Positions 55,995 through 64,000 of a stretch of DNA of 64,000 nt are shown here, one piece after another (the first letter of the stretch is position 1; every line of letters starts with the position of its first letter). This DNA is from an uncultured Bacilli bacterium (GTDB lineage Bacteria > Bacillota_I > Bacilli_A > RF39 > UBA660), in contig CANQHF010000004.1 of NCBI GenBank assembly GCA_947623685.1, forward strand, positions 3,459 through 67,458, given 5' to 3'. A program made the translations under genes and the position numbers. The notes under the pieces were generated by a model that saw only the letters and a program-made list of their open reading frames with translations, was not told the DNA's origin and did no database searches.

Positions 55995-57806
55995 ATGTGT
56001 GGAATAATTGGATACGTAGGCAAAAATAATAACTGCGTACGTGTTTTAATCGACGGTTTAGAAAAATTAGAATATAGGGGGTATGATTCTGCTGGAATAG
56101 CATATTTTAATGACGGTAAAATAAATATATTTAAAGAAAATGGAAAGTTAGAAAACTTAAAAAACAAAATAGATTTATCAAGTAGTTCTAACATTGGAAT
56201 AGGACATACCAGATGGGCTACTCATGGTAAGCCTAAGAAAGAAAATTCTCATCCTCATCAAGTTGGAAAATTTACGATCGTACATAATGGAATAATAGAA
56301 AATTATGGAGAAATAAAAACTGATTTAGAAAAAAAGGGATATGTATTTAAATCAAATACAGATACGGAAGTTTTGTGTGCGCTATTTGATTATTTATATA
56401 AAAGTTGTAAAGACGTTTTAAAGGTAATAAAAAAAGCAAGTGAAATTATTAAAGGCTCTTATGCGGTAGGTATTTTATGTGATGATAAAAAAGACAAAAT
56501 ATACGTTATAAAAAATAAAAGCCCTTTAATTATTGGCGTTGGAAAAGATGAAAATTTTATAGCTTCTGATGTTCCAGCTATCCTTGATAAAACAAATTAT
56601 TATATATCATTAGAAGATAATGATTATGGGGTTATAACTAAAGATGAAATAAAAATTTATAATAATGAAAAGTTAAAAAATTATGATGTGGAAAAGTTTG
56701 AATTTGATGCTGATTTAATGGATAAAAAGGGATATCAACATTATATGTTAAAAGAAATTCATGAACAGCCAGACGTGTTTAAAAAAACGGTTAATGATTA
56801 CGTTAATACAAGCCTTGATGGATTAATTAAAAAAATGCCAGATTTTACTAAATATAATAAAATTAGAATAGTAGCATGTGGTAGTGCTACCCATGCAGCA
56901 TTAGTTGGAAAGCAAATGCTAGAAGAATACGGTAATGTTAAAACTGATGTTGAAACGGCAAGTGAGTTTAGGTATAGTAAGCCATTTTTAAACAAGGATG
57001 AATTAGTCATCGTAATATCTCAATCTGGTGAAACGGCTGATACTTTGGAGGCTTTAAAACTAGCTAAAGATAATGGAAATGATACCTTGGGAATAATTAA
57101 TTCCAAAGGAAGTTCTATCGCAAGATGTGCAGATATGGTTTTATACACTAAGGCAGGTAAAGAAATTGCTGTTGCAACAACCAAGGCATACTCTGCTCAA
57201 GTTGCAATGCTATCATTAATTGCTCTTAATCTTTCTTATAAAAAAGATTTAATTTCAACTCATGAGATTAAAGAAATTTTAAATAGTATAAGAACCTTAC
57301 CTAGTCAAATGCAGGAGTTATTAAGTAACGAAGGAGAATATAAAACAATTGCAGAAAAATTAGCTAGCCATAACGATATATTCTTTATCGGAAGAAAAGT
57401 AGATTATGCTTTAGCGCAAGAAGGTTCATTAAAACTAAAAGAAATATCATATACTCATAGTGATGCTTATGCAGCAGGAGAATTAAAGCATGGTACGATA
57501 TCATTAATTGATGAGAAAACACCAGTGATTGCAATTGTAACAGATGAGTCTGTTGCTGCTAAAACAATAAGTAATATGATTGAAGTAAAATCGCGTGGGG
57601 CGGATGTTTTATATATAACAAATAGGTTAGATGATGTAGAAGATGGATTATATGATAAAAAACTTGTAATTCCTCTTACCCATAAACTTTTTCAACCACT
57701 TCTTACCATAATTCCACTTCAAATGATTGCTTATGAAGTTGCTAAAATAAAAGGTTGTAACATTGATAAACCAAAAAATCTAGCAAAGTCGGTAACGGTA
57801 GAATAA
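55995..57806 (+). CDS. glmS: glutamine--fructose-6-phosphate aminotransferase
   Basis: MCGIIGYVG N-terminal nucleophile Cys, two SIS domains, C-terminal KSVTVE; ATG 55995 follows AAAGGAGA. Confidence 0.93.
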   Translation: MCGIIGYVGKNNNCVRVLIDGLEKLEYRGYDSAGIAYFNDGKINIFKENGKLENLKNKIDLSSSSNIGIGHTRWATHGKPKKENSHPHQVGKFTIVHNGIIENYGEIKTDLEKKGYVFKSNTDTEVLCALFDYLYKSCKDVLKVIKKASEIIKGSYAVGILCDDKKDKIYVIKNKSPLIIGVGKDENFIASDVPAILDKTNYYISLEDNDYGVITKDEIKIYNNEKLKNYDVEKFEFDADLMDKKGYQHYMLKEIHEQPDVFKKTVNDYVNTSLDGLIKKMPDFTKYNKIRIVACGSATHAALVGKQMLEEYGNVKTDVETASEFRYSKPFLNKDELVIVISQSGETADTLEALKLAKDNGNDTLGIINSKGSSIARCADMVLYTKAGKEIAVATTKAYSAQVAMLSLIALNLSYKKDLISTHEIKEILNSIRTLPSQMQELLSNEGEYKTIAEKLASHNDIFFIGRKVDYALAQEGSLKLKEISYTHSDAYAAGELKHGTISLIDEKTPVIAIVTDESVAAKTISNMIEVKSRGADVLYITNRLDDVEDGLYDKKLVIPLTHKLFQPLLTIIPLQMIAYEVAKIKGCNIDKPKNLAKSVTVE

Positions 57807-57857
57807 AAATTTAATAAAGTAATTGACAAGTTTGAAAAAAATATATATTATTATAAT

Positions 57858-57946
57858 AGCGTGATGATATCACGCAAGGTACTTTTACGATTTTAGTTGA
57901 AAGTACAACCAAAACCCCCTTGGAGCCTTAAGGCTCCGCTTTTTTT
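57858..57946 (+). ncRNA. candidate small RNA with a C-rich single-stranded tract
   Basis: TTGACA (57824-29), 16-nt spacer, TATTAT (57846-51). Hairpins 57859-75 and 57879-57906; AACCAAAACCCCC 57907-19; GGAGCC-TTAA-GGCTCC 57922-37 plus T7. Confidence 0.45.
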
Positions 57947-57999
57947 ATTTATATTGATAAAATAGTGTTATAATATAGTTGTTAAGGAAAAGATATATT

Positions 58000-58329
58000 A
58001 TGATAAAGATAGAAGATTTTGAAAAAGTAGATATGAGAGTAGGAACCATAATAAGTGCTAGCATAAATAAAGGTGCAAGAAAACCAGCATATAAATTAAC
58101 CATTGATTTTGGTGATTTAATTGGTGTTAAAACGTCATCTGCCCAAATAACAGGTTTATATAAACCAGAAGATTTAATAGGAAAAAAGATAGTTGCTGTA
58201 ATTAACTTTGAGCCAATTAAAATATCAGAAGTAAAAAGTGAAGTAAGATTACTTGGGGCTGATACTTCTGGTGGGGTTTGCTTACTTACTTTTGATAAAG
58301 AAGTTCAAAATGGAATGAGAATATATTAA
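58000..58329 (+). CDS. csaA: CsaA-type tRNA-binding domain protein
   Basis: FEKVDMRVGTIISA...KPAYKLTIDFG...SAQIT OB-fold pattern; ATG 58000. Confidence 0.75.
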   Translation: MIKIEDFEKVDMRVGTIISASINKGARKPAYKLTIDFGDLIGVKTSSAQITGLYKPEDLIGKKIVAVINFEPIKISEVKSEVRLLGADTSGGVCLLTFDKEVQNGMRIY

Positions 58330-58350
58330 TTATTAGAAGGTTGATATAAA

Positions 58351-59172
58351 ATGGAAAAATATAAGGAAGTTGAAAGAAGCATAATAAAAAGGTTTCGAAA
58401 AGAAATTTGGCGTCAATTCATAAAGGCCGTAAGTGATTATGAACTAATTGATGAAGGTGACAGCATAATGGTGTGTATATCTGGTGGTAAGGATTCTTTT
58501 TTGCTCGCTAAATGCATTGAAGAATTACAAAAACACGGTAAAAAGCACTTTAACGCAAAGTATGTGGTTATGAATCCAGGATATACTGATTATAATCTAA
58601 ATATGATAGAAAAAAATGCAAAAACATTAAATATTCCAATAGAGATTTTTGAAAGTGATATTTTTAGCGTAATTGAAAACGTAGAAAAAAGTCCATGCTA
58701 TTTATGTGCTAGGATGAGAAGGGGGTATTTGTATAGTAAGGCTAAAGATTTAGGATGTAATAAGATTGCTTTAGGTCATCATTTTGATGATGTTATAGAA
58801 ACAACGTTACTTTCTATGTTTTATTCATCTGAAATTAAGACCATGATGCCTAAGTTACATAGTGATAACTTTAAGGGGCTAGAACTTATTAGACCATTAT
58901 ATCTTGTAAAAGAACAAGACATAATTTCTTGGAGTAAGTTTAATGGTTTAAATTTTATTGATTGTGCTTGTAAGGTTACTTCTAAGTTAGAATATGAAAA
59001 AAAAAGTAAAAGACAAGAAGTAAAAAGTATTATAAAAAAATTAAAGGCAAATAATAAAAACGTGGATTATAATATTTTTAAAGCGTTAGATAACGTTAAT
59101 TTAAACTGCGTTTTAGGAACCAAAGAAAATGGTGTGTATAAAAGTTTTTTAAATGATTATGAAAGGAAATGA
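58351..59172 (+). CDS. ttcA: tRNA 2-thiocytidine synthase TtcA-like PP-loop ATPase
   Basis: CISGGKDS PP-loop; CYLCARMRRG and later DCAC Cys motifs. Confidence 0.8.
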   Translation: MEKYKEVERSIIKRFRKEIWRQFIKAVSDYELIDEGDSIMVCISGGKDSFLLAKCIEELQKHGKKHFNAKYVVMNPGYTDYNLNMIEKNAKTLNIPIEIFESDIFSVIENVEKSPCYLCARMRRGYLYSKAKDLGCNKIALGHHFDDVIETTLLSMFYSSEIKTMMPKLHSDNFKGLELIRPLYLVKEQDIISWSKFNGLNFIDCACKVTSKLEYEKKSKRQEVKSIIKKLKANNKNVDYNIFKALDNVNLNCVLGTKENGVYKSFLNDYERK

Positions 59173-59178
59173 TAAAAA

Positions 59179-60045
59179 ATGGATAAGAAGAAAGTTTATT
59201 TTACAAAAAATTTAAGTAAGGAAAGTTTAATTAAGATTTATGATGCCGTGGGTAAAAAGTTAGAAGGGAAAGTAGCGGTTAAGGTTCATTCTGGTGAAGC
59301 GGGTAACCAAAACTTTTTACATCCTGAATATTTTAAGGATATTATTAATTACGTTAATGGTACGGTAACAGAATGTAATACGGCCTATGATGGTAAAAGA
59401 AATTCTACCCAAAAGCACGAAAAATTAATGGAAGATCACGGATGGAAAAAGTATTTTAAAGTTGATATAATGGATGCTTTTGGTCCGGATAAAAAACTTG
59501 ATATTCCAAATGGTAAGGTAATTAAGGAAAATTACGTTGGAAAAAACATAGATAATTATGATTCAATGCTTGTTTTATCTCATTTTAAAGGTCATCCTAT
59601 GGGTGGCTATGGTGGTGCGTTAAAGCAATTATCAATTGGTTGTGCATCATCTTATGGAAAAGCGTATATCCACGGAGCGGGTAAGCCACAAGAAATGTGG
59701 ACGGCAAATCATGATAAATTTTTAGAAGCTATGGCAGATGCTGCATCATCGGTTATAAAACATTTTAATGGAAACATCGTGTATATAAATGTTATGAGTA
59801 ATATGAGTGTTGATTGCGATTGCTGTGCGGTTGCAGAAGATCCTTGTATGAAAGATATTGGTATTTTAGCATCACTTGATCCGGTTGCAATAGATAAGGC
59901 TTGCTTGGATTTAGTTTATAATAGTAATGATCCAGGTAAAGATCATCTAATTGAAAGAATAGAATCAAGAAATGGTATTCATACCATTGATAGTGCTGAA
60001 AAATTAGGTTTAGGTTCTACTGACTATGAATTAATTGAAATATAA
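59179..60045 (+). CDS. DUF362-domain protein
   Basis: VAVKVHSGEAGN...ECNTAY...SHFKGH..GGYGGALK pattern; Cys cluster VDCDCCA. Confidence 0.6.
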   Translation: MDKKKVYFTKNLSKESLIKIYDAVGKKLEGKVAVKVHSGEAGNQNFLHPEYFKDIINYVNGTVTECNTAYDGKRNSTQKHEKLMEDHGWKKYFKVDIMDAFGPDKKLDIPNGKVIKENYVGKNIDNYDSMLVLSHFKGHPMGGYGGALKQLSIGCASSYGKAYIHGAGKPQEMWTANHDKFLEAMADAASSVIKHFNGNIVYINVMSNMSVDCDCCAVAEDPCMKDIGILASLDPVAIDKACLDLVYNSNDPGKDHLIERIESRNGIHTIDSAEKLGLGSTDYELIEI

Positions 60046-60059
60046 TAAAATTTATTTTT

Positions 60060-60084
60060 AAGACTGATTATTCAGTCTTTTTTG
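60060..60084 (+). terminator. terminator after the DUF362 gene
   Basis: AAGACTGA-TTAT-TCAGTCTT hairpin plus T-run. Confidence 0.75.
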
Positions 60085-60250
60085 TGCAATAAAATAGGAG
60101 ACCAACTATGAAAAGTCAATAGTTTTTTTGAAAAGAAATTAAAATAATTAAAAAGCAAAAATTATTTCACAGCAACGCACCGTAAAGTGAGGTTACGGTT
60201 ACGATTTTTGTCAATGAAGACAATAAAATAAGCAAAGTTCTTTGAAAAAA

Positions 60251-61417
60251 TTAATCTAAATTAAAATTGACATTATGCTTTAACATATAAAAGATAGTTC
60301 TAACTAATTTTCCAGCACAATGACCTAAAGAATTGTAATGGAGTTTACCTTGAAGTCTTTTAGTGTTATAATAGTTACTGAAAGTTTTAGTGTTTAATTG
60401 AACATTGTTCGCTGCAAGAATAAGGGCATAACGAAGTAAAGAAGAACCATGTTTGCTCATTCTTGTAGATGACGCATTAAAAGTGCCGGACTGTTTAACT
60501 GAAGGATCTAGTCCTGCAAACGCTAAAACTTGACCCGGATTATTAAAGCGATTAATGTCACCAATTTCAGAAATGATAATGGCAGCAGTCATATCACCAA
60601 TACCTGGAATTGAAGTAATGACATTGTCGCTTTTTTTAATAAAATCACTAACTTGCTTTTCAATATCATTAATTTGAGATTCAAGTAGTTCAATCAATTC
60701 GATAGTCATTTTAATTTGGATAGATAATGCGGAATTGTTAATACCAACTGAATTAGAAGCTAACTTTTTAAGTTCAACAGCGCGAGATTTATCATATTTT
60801 CCACGAGAGTTTTTAATTAGTAAATTAGAAAGTTTAGTTAAGTTAACATTAGAAATATCTTCAGGTGATTGATACAGTTTTAAAAGTTCGTGAGCAGTTT
60901 TAATATCTAGGTTATTTTTAAAGAAACTATTTAATTCTGGAAATAATTGATCAACGTACGTTTTTAATTGAATTTTAGCAGCAGAAGCTTTATCCTTGAG
61001 GTCTTTATGAAATCTACAAAGAGATTTAATTTCAAGTAATTTAATATCATAATCAGATAATAAGTTATAATAACCTAAAGAAAGAGCTTCACAAATGAGC
61101 ATAGAATCAACCTTATCATTTTTAACTTTTCTAATTCTAGTTTTTCTTAAAGTTGCAGTTTGAATAGGGTTAATAATACCTAAATTAAAATGCTTTTCGT
61201 GGAAATAGAAAATAAGATTGTTACCATAATGAGCAGTAGATTCTAAACCGATTAAAACCTTATCCTTATCAAAATTTTTGATTTTGGAAAATAAGAGATC
61301 AAAACCTTGTTTGTTATTAGTAACTAAAAAAGGATTTTCAATAACTTCTCCTGTTGAGTAATCAACAATGGATGCATAATGGTTTGTTTTGGCAATATCA
61401 ATACCAACATAAATCAT
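60251..61417 (-). CDS. IS110-family transposase/recombinase
   Basis: MIYVGIDIAK (DEDD Asp), GLESTAHY, KVDSML; C-terminal SIPGIGDMTAAIIISEIGDINRF...MSKHGSSLLR. ATG 61417 follows GAGGTG; the longer start in the track is an upstream extension. Confidence 0.88.
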   Translation of the reverse strand: MIYVGIDIAKTNHYASIVDYSTGEVIENPFLVTNNKQGFDLLFSKIKNFDKDKVLIGLESTAHYGNNLIFYFHEKHFNLGIINPIQTATLRKTRIRKVKNDKVDSMLICEALSLGYYNLLSDYDIKLLEIKSLCRFHKDLKDKASAAKIQLKTYVDQLFPELNSFFKNNLDIKTAHELLKLYQSPEDISNVNLTKLSNLLIKNSRGKYDKSRAVELKKLASNSVGINNSALSIQIKMTIELIELLESQINDIEKQVSDFIKKSDNVITSIPGIGDMTAAIIISEIGDINRFNNPGQVLAFAGLDPSVKQSGTFNASSTRMSKHGSSLLRYALILAANNVQLNTKTFSNYYNTKRLQGKLHYNSLGHCAGKLVRTIFYMLKHNVNFNLD

Positions 61418-61730
61418 AAAAGAACACCTCACAATAAAATATTTAGATAACAAAGTGGTTCCACAGTTTATATCTATCACAGCCTTGCTTGTTATAAGAA
61501 GTCTAAGCTTCAACCAACCAATAAGCAATTAAAGATAAAACTGTGGTTGTAAACTCCGAAAGAGTAGTCAAAGCTACAAGGGTTAAAATAAACAATCCAC
61601 AGTTATCTTAAGTATATTATATAAAATTAGAGAGAAAAATCAAAGAAGGAGAAATGATAATATACTAGTCAGTATGTAAATACAAAATCTCTCTTGTAAC
61701 TGACTATATATATCATACAAGGGTTTATGA
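61418..61730 (-). ncRNA. candidate IS110 bridge RNA region (5-prime non-coding arm)
   Basis: About 300 nt non-coding upstream of the recombinase. ACTGTGG occurs twice with its complement CCACAGT between them; nested hairpins; exact 10-nt repeat TACAAGGGTT at 61575-84 and 61716-25. Confidence 0.3.
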
Positions 61731-61869
61731 AAGAAGAAATCGTTAAACACTCTTTACTACTGTAAAAGCTCACAAAAGGAATTTTAATCTTTAAAAATAG
61801 TAAAAATTTACTATTTTTATTATTAGAAAAATGTTATAATGAATGAAGAAAAGGTATTGAGGTGGTAAG

Positions 61870-63492
61870 ATGTTTAAAAAAGTAATATTAATAAGTGTAC
61901 TTTGTTTATTAATTATATTATCGGGTTGTACTAAAAGTAAAAGTGAAAGTGAAATTAAGAATAATACTAATAATGTAATTGAAAATTTTGAAGTAGAGGA
62001 AGATAAAAAAGAATTGTATAAAAATATAATTACAAATTTTATTAGTTTATTTGCCCCCTCTCAAAATTCTAATGAAATTTTTAAAAATATAGATAGTAGA
62101 GGAATATATACATTAAAAAAAATTGAAAATGATTTTAACGATTTTGAAAAAGAGTATGAAAAAATATATGAAAATTATAAAACGCCAGATGGAACTTGGC
62201 ATAATAATGATAAAGACGAAAAAACTAAAGCAGAATTAGAAATGGAATATAGAATAAAATTTTATATTCAAAGTCTTGCTACAAATAACAAAATTGAAAA
62301 AATAGAACTTGTTCAAAATACATTTGATGTGATTAAGATAAACAATAATTTATATAGTGCTTTAGTAAATGTTAATTATGAATTGAATAACAGAGTAAAA
62401 GATCAATCTAAAAAAATGAAATTTGTATTCTATAAAGATAAAATTATTGATGTGATTATTTATGAAGATGATGATATTTATTTTAGCATATTTGCAAATT
62501 TTATACCAAATGTCAACAATGATATTAAGACAACAGGGCGTTATTTAAAAGTAAATAAAGATAAAATATTTGAAGGTATAGAATCGGAAATGAAATTTTA
62601 TAAAGATGGGAGCGTTACATTACATAACTTTGAAAGTGATGAAACTTTTTATGGAATTTACAAAATTGAAAATCAAAAAGCATTAATAACGTTAAATGAA
62701 ATACTTGATGAAAATGGAAGTAAAAGTATACTTCAAAAACCAACAGTATTAAATTTATATAATAATGGTAATTATCTCTATTCTTTAAATTCTGATACTT
62801 TTTTCTATCAAGAAAGTGATGAAACTATAAAAGAGTTATATAAAATGGTAGCAGTTTCCGATGATTTATTGAAAGAAAGGTACTTTTATGAAAATCAAAA
62901 GGTTACTATTAATGATATTAGTAATAATCAAAAATTGTTATTAGCTTTTAATCAAATACCAGAAAATGAAATACTTGATGATGTAAAAAAATCAGATGAC
63001 GGCAGTTACATAGAAAATATTAAAATAATTGATATCAGTAGTTTAGATAAAGCTATGAAAAAGGTATTTGGAGATAATATAAAATATAGTAAAGAAGACT
63101 TTATGCCTACTCAATGTGATATGTATAAATATGATAAAAAAGAAAAAAAATACATAGCTGAAGAAGGTGGATGTGGAGGACTTCTTGAAAATTGGATAGA
63201 AAATAAATATTATGATTATGTTATAAATGGTGATAAAATTATAATTTATGAAAAATTTGCTTTTGTAGATGTAGCACGATTAATTTATGGTAATGGTAGT
63301 GATACAAATTTAGAGCCATCTGGAATATATAAAGACATTCAAGAAACAAGACCAATAAAAGAATTATATGCTACTTATAGTAAAGATGATATTGATATAA
63401 CAGAATATTATGATAAATTATCTATGGTTAAATATACATTTAAAAAAGATAAAGGTAATTATTATTTTTATAGTTCAGAAATAATTGATTAA
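61870..63492 (+). CDS. lipoprotein of unknown function
   Basis: GAGGTGG RBS; LIILSGC lipobox; Asn/Lys/Tyr-rich 540-aa ectodomain. Confidence 0.6.
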   Translation: MFKKVILISVLCLLIILSGCTKSKSESEIKNNTNNVIENFEVEEDKKELYKNIITNFISLFAPSQNSNEIFKNIDSRGIYTLKKIENDFNDFEKEYEKIYENYKTPDGTWHNNDKDEKTKAELEMEYRIKFYIQSLATNNKIEKIELVQNTFDVIKINNNLYSALVNVNYELNNRVKDQSKKMKFVFYKDKIIDVIIYEDDDIYFSIFANFIPNVNNDIKTTGRYLKVNKDKIFEGIESEMKFYKDGSVTLHNFESDETFYGIYKIENQKALITLNEILDENGSKSILQKPTVLNLYNNGNYLYSLNSDTFFYQESDETIKELYKMVAVSDDLLKERYFYENQKVTINDISNNQKLLLAFNQIPENEILDDVKKSDDGSYIENIKIIDISSLDKAMKKVFGDNIKYSKEDFMPTQCDMYKYDKKEKKYIAEEGGCGGLLENWIENKYYDYVINGDKIIIYEKFAFVDVARLIYGNGSDTNLEPSGIYKDIQETRPIKELYATYSKDDIDITEYYDKLSMVKYTFKKDKGNYYFYSSEIID

Positions 63493-63597
63493 TGTTAATT
63501 TTTAATGATGTTTAAGTAATAGCATTTAAATAAAAATCCTTGAAAAAGCACGCACAAAAATATATAATTAAATTATTAAGTAAAAGAAGGTGTAGTA

Positions 63598-64000
63598 ATG
63601 AAGAAGTTATTTTTGATATTAATTAGTGTCATTATAATTTTTGGTCTTACAGCTTGCGGTAATAAAAGAACAAATAATGATGACGCACTTAAATTTAAGG
63701 AAGAATACGAAAGTTTAAACGGGACTTTAAATTCTCAAAATAGTGAAAGAAGAACGGTTTTAATTGATGAAGATAATCCGTTTGTTTATTCATCTTCTAA
63801 AGAAATAGTTGAAAAAATAAAAGATAAAAAAACGTTTTACGTATATTTTGGTTCTTCATATTGCCCTTGGTGTAGAAGCGTAATTGAAAAGTTGGTTGAA
63901 ATGGCTAATAAAAATAAAATAGATACGATTTATTACGTTGATATATGGGATGGAGATCACGTTGAAAACTTTAGGGATGTTTATCAAGTAAGTGATGATG
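63598..64000 (+). CDS. thioredoxin-fold lipoprotein, 5-prime part (runs off the right edge)
   Basis: AAGAAGGTG RBS; FGLTACG lipobox; YCPWC redox motif; not in the ORF track because the frame is open at the window end. Confidence 0.6.
   Translation, partial: MKKLFLILISVIIIFGLTACGNKRTNNDDALKFKEEYESLNGTLNSQNSERRTVLIDEDNPFVYSSSKEIVEKIKDKKTFYVYFGSSYCPWCRSVIEKLVEMANKNKIDTIYYVDIWDGDHVENFRDVYQVSDD

Larger units (their letters stand above)
60086..61790 (-). mobile_element. IS110-family insertion sequence (ends approximate)
   Basis: Single DEDD/Transposase_20 ORF with non-coding arms on both sides, bounded by the host terminator at 60060-84 and the AT hairpin at 61793-61820; no terminal inverted repeats, as usual for IS110. 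Confidence 0.5.

Noticed and set aside
55886-56194. 102-aa minus-strand ORF, and the TTG 55965 N-terminal extension of glmS
   Set aside because: The region is occupied by the glmS ribozyme and the true glmS start (MCGIIG at 55995, N-terminal nucleophile Cys).
61418-61528. 37-codon N-terminal extension of the IS110 transposase ORF
   Set aside because: A GAGGTG RBS and the conserved MIYVGIDIAK start at 61417. The extension is just open frame in the non-coding arm.
1-64000. CRISPR arrays, rRNA genes, intact prophage, RiPP/bacteriocin clusters
   Set aside because: I saw no regularly spaced direct repeats, no rRNA-like sequence and no phage structural-gene block. There is no radical-SAM/lanthipeptide-type enzyme near the small ORFs. 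Tandem repetition is confined to collagen GXY coding repeats and short motifs noted above.

Overview
Very AT-rich chromosomal segment from an endospore-forming low-GC Firmicute (Clostridia/Erysipelotrichia-like; species not determinable from this window). Most of it is housekeeping: ddl, murI, gpmI, xfp phosphoketolase, gltX, feoAB, a Ca-type P-type ATPase, queH, prs, recG, glmS with its ribozyme, ttcA and helD. Spore-specific genes are mixed in: a gerA-C-B germinant-receptor operon, a CotF-like pair, a Cu/Zn-SOD-like gene and two BclA-type collagen-like genes, one followed by a glycosyltransferase. Four tRNAs are present (Gln-CUG, Glu-CUC, Gly-GCC, Cys-GCA), plus one IS110-family element. No CRISPR array or rRNA was seen. 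Seven observations most deserve follow-up. (1) A small accessory islet at 12.9-15.7 kb holds a solo HipA-like kinase, a start-less frameshifted toxin-tip remnant still coupled to an intact immunity-like gene, and a phage-type membrane ORF. (2) Two paralogous Bro-N/DinD-like genes each sit beside a different uncharacterised partner: a DUF4065/Panacea-like ORF fused to the recG transcription unit, and a Cys-His hydrolase-like ORF. (3) A conserved 5-prime cassette of about 50 to 85 nt (39/48 identities in its ungapped core) precedes two unrelated genes, a minimal UvrD/HelD-like helicase and Bro-N paralog 2. (4) The two collagen-like genes share a promoter (CATAnnnTA -10), an RBS and a Cys-containing N-terminal module. 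(5) A leader sORF plus terminator lies just before prs. (6) There are three orphan promoter/hairpin/terminator units that look like small RNAs, one with a C-rich single-stranded tract. (7) The long 5-prime non-coding arm of the IS110 element has repeat and complement structure expected of a bridge RNA. All family names come from motif recognition by eye; no searches were run.
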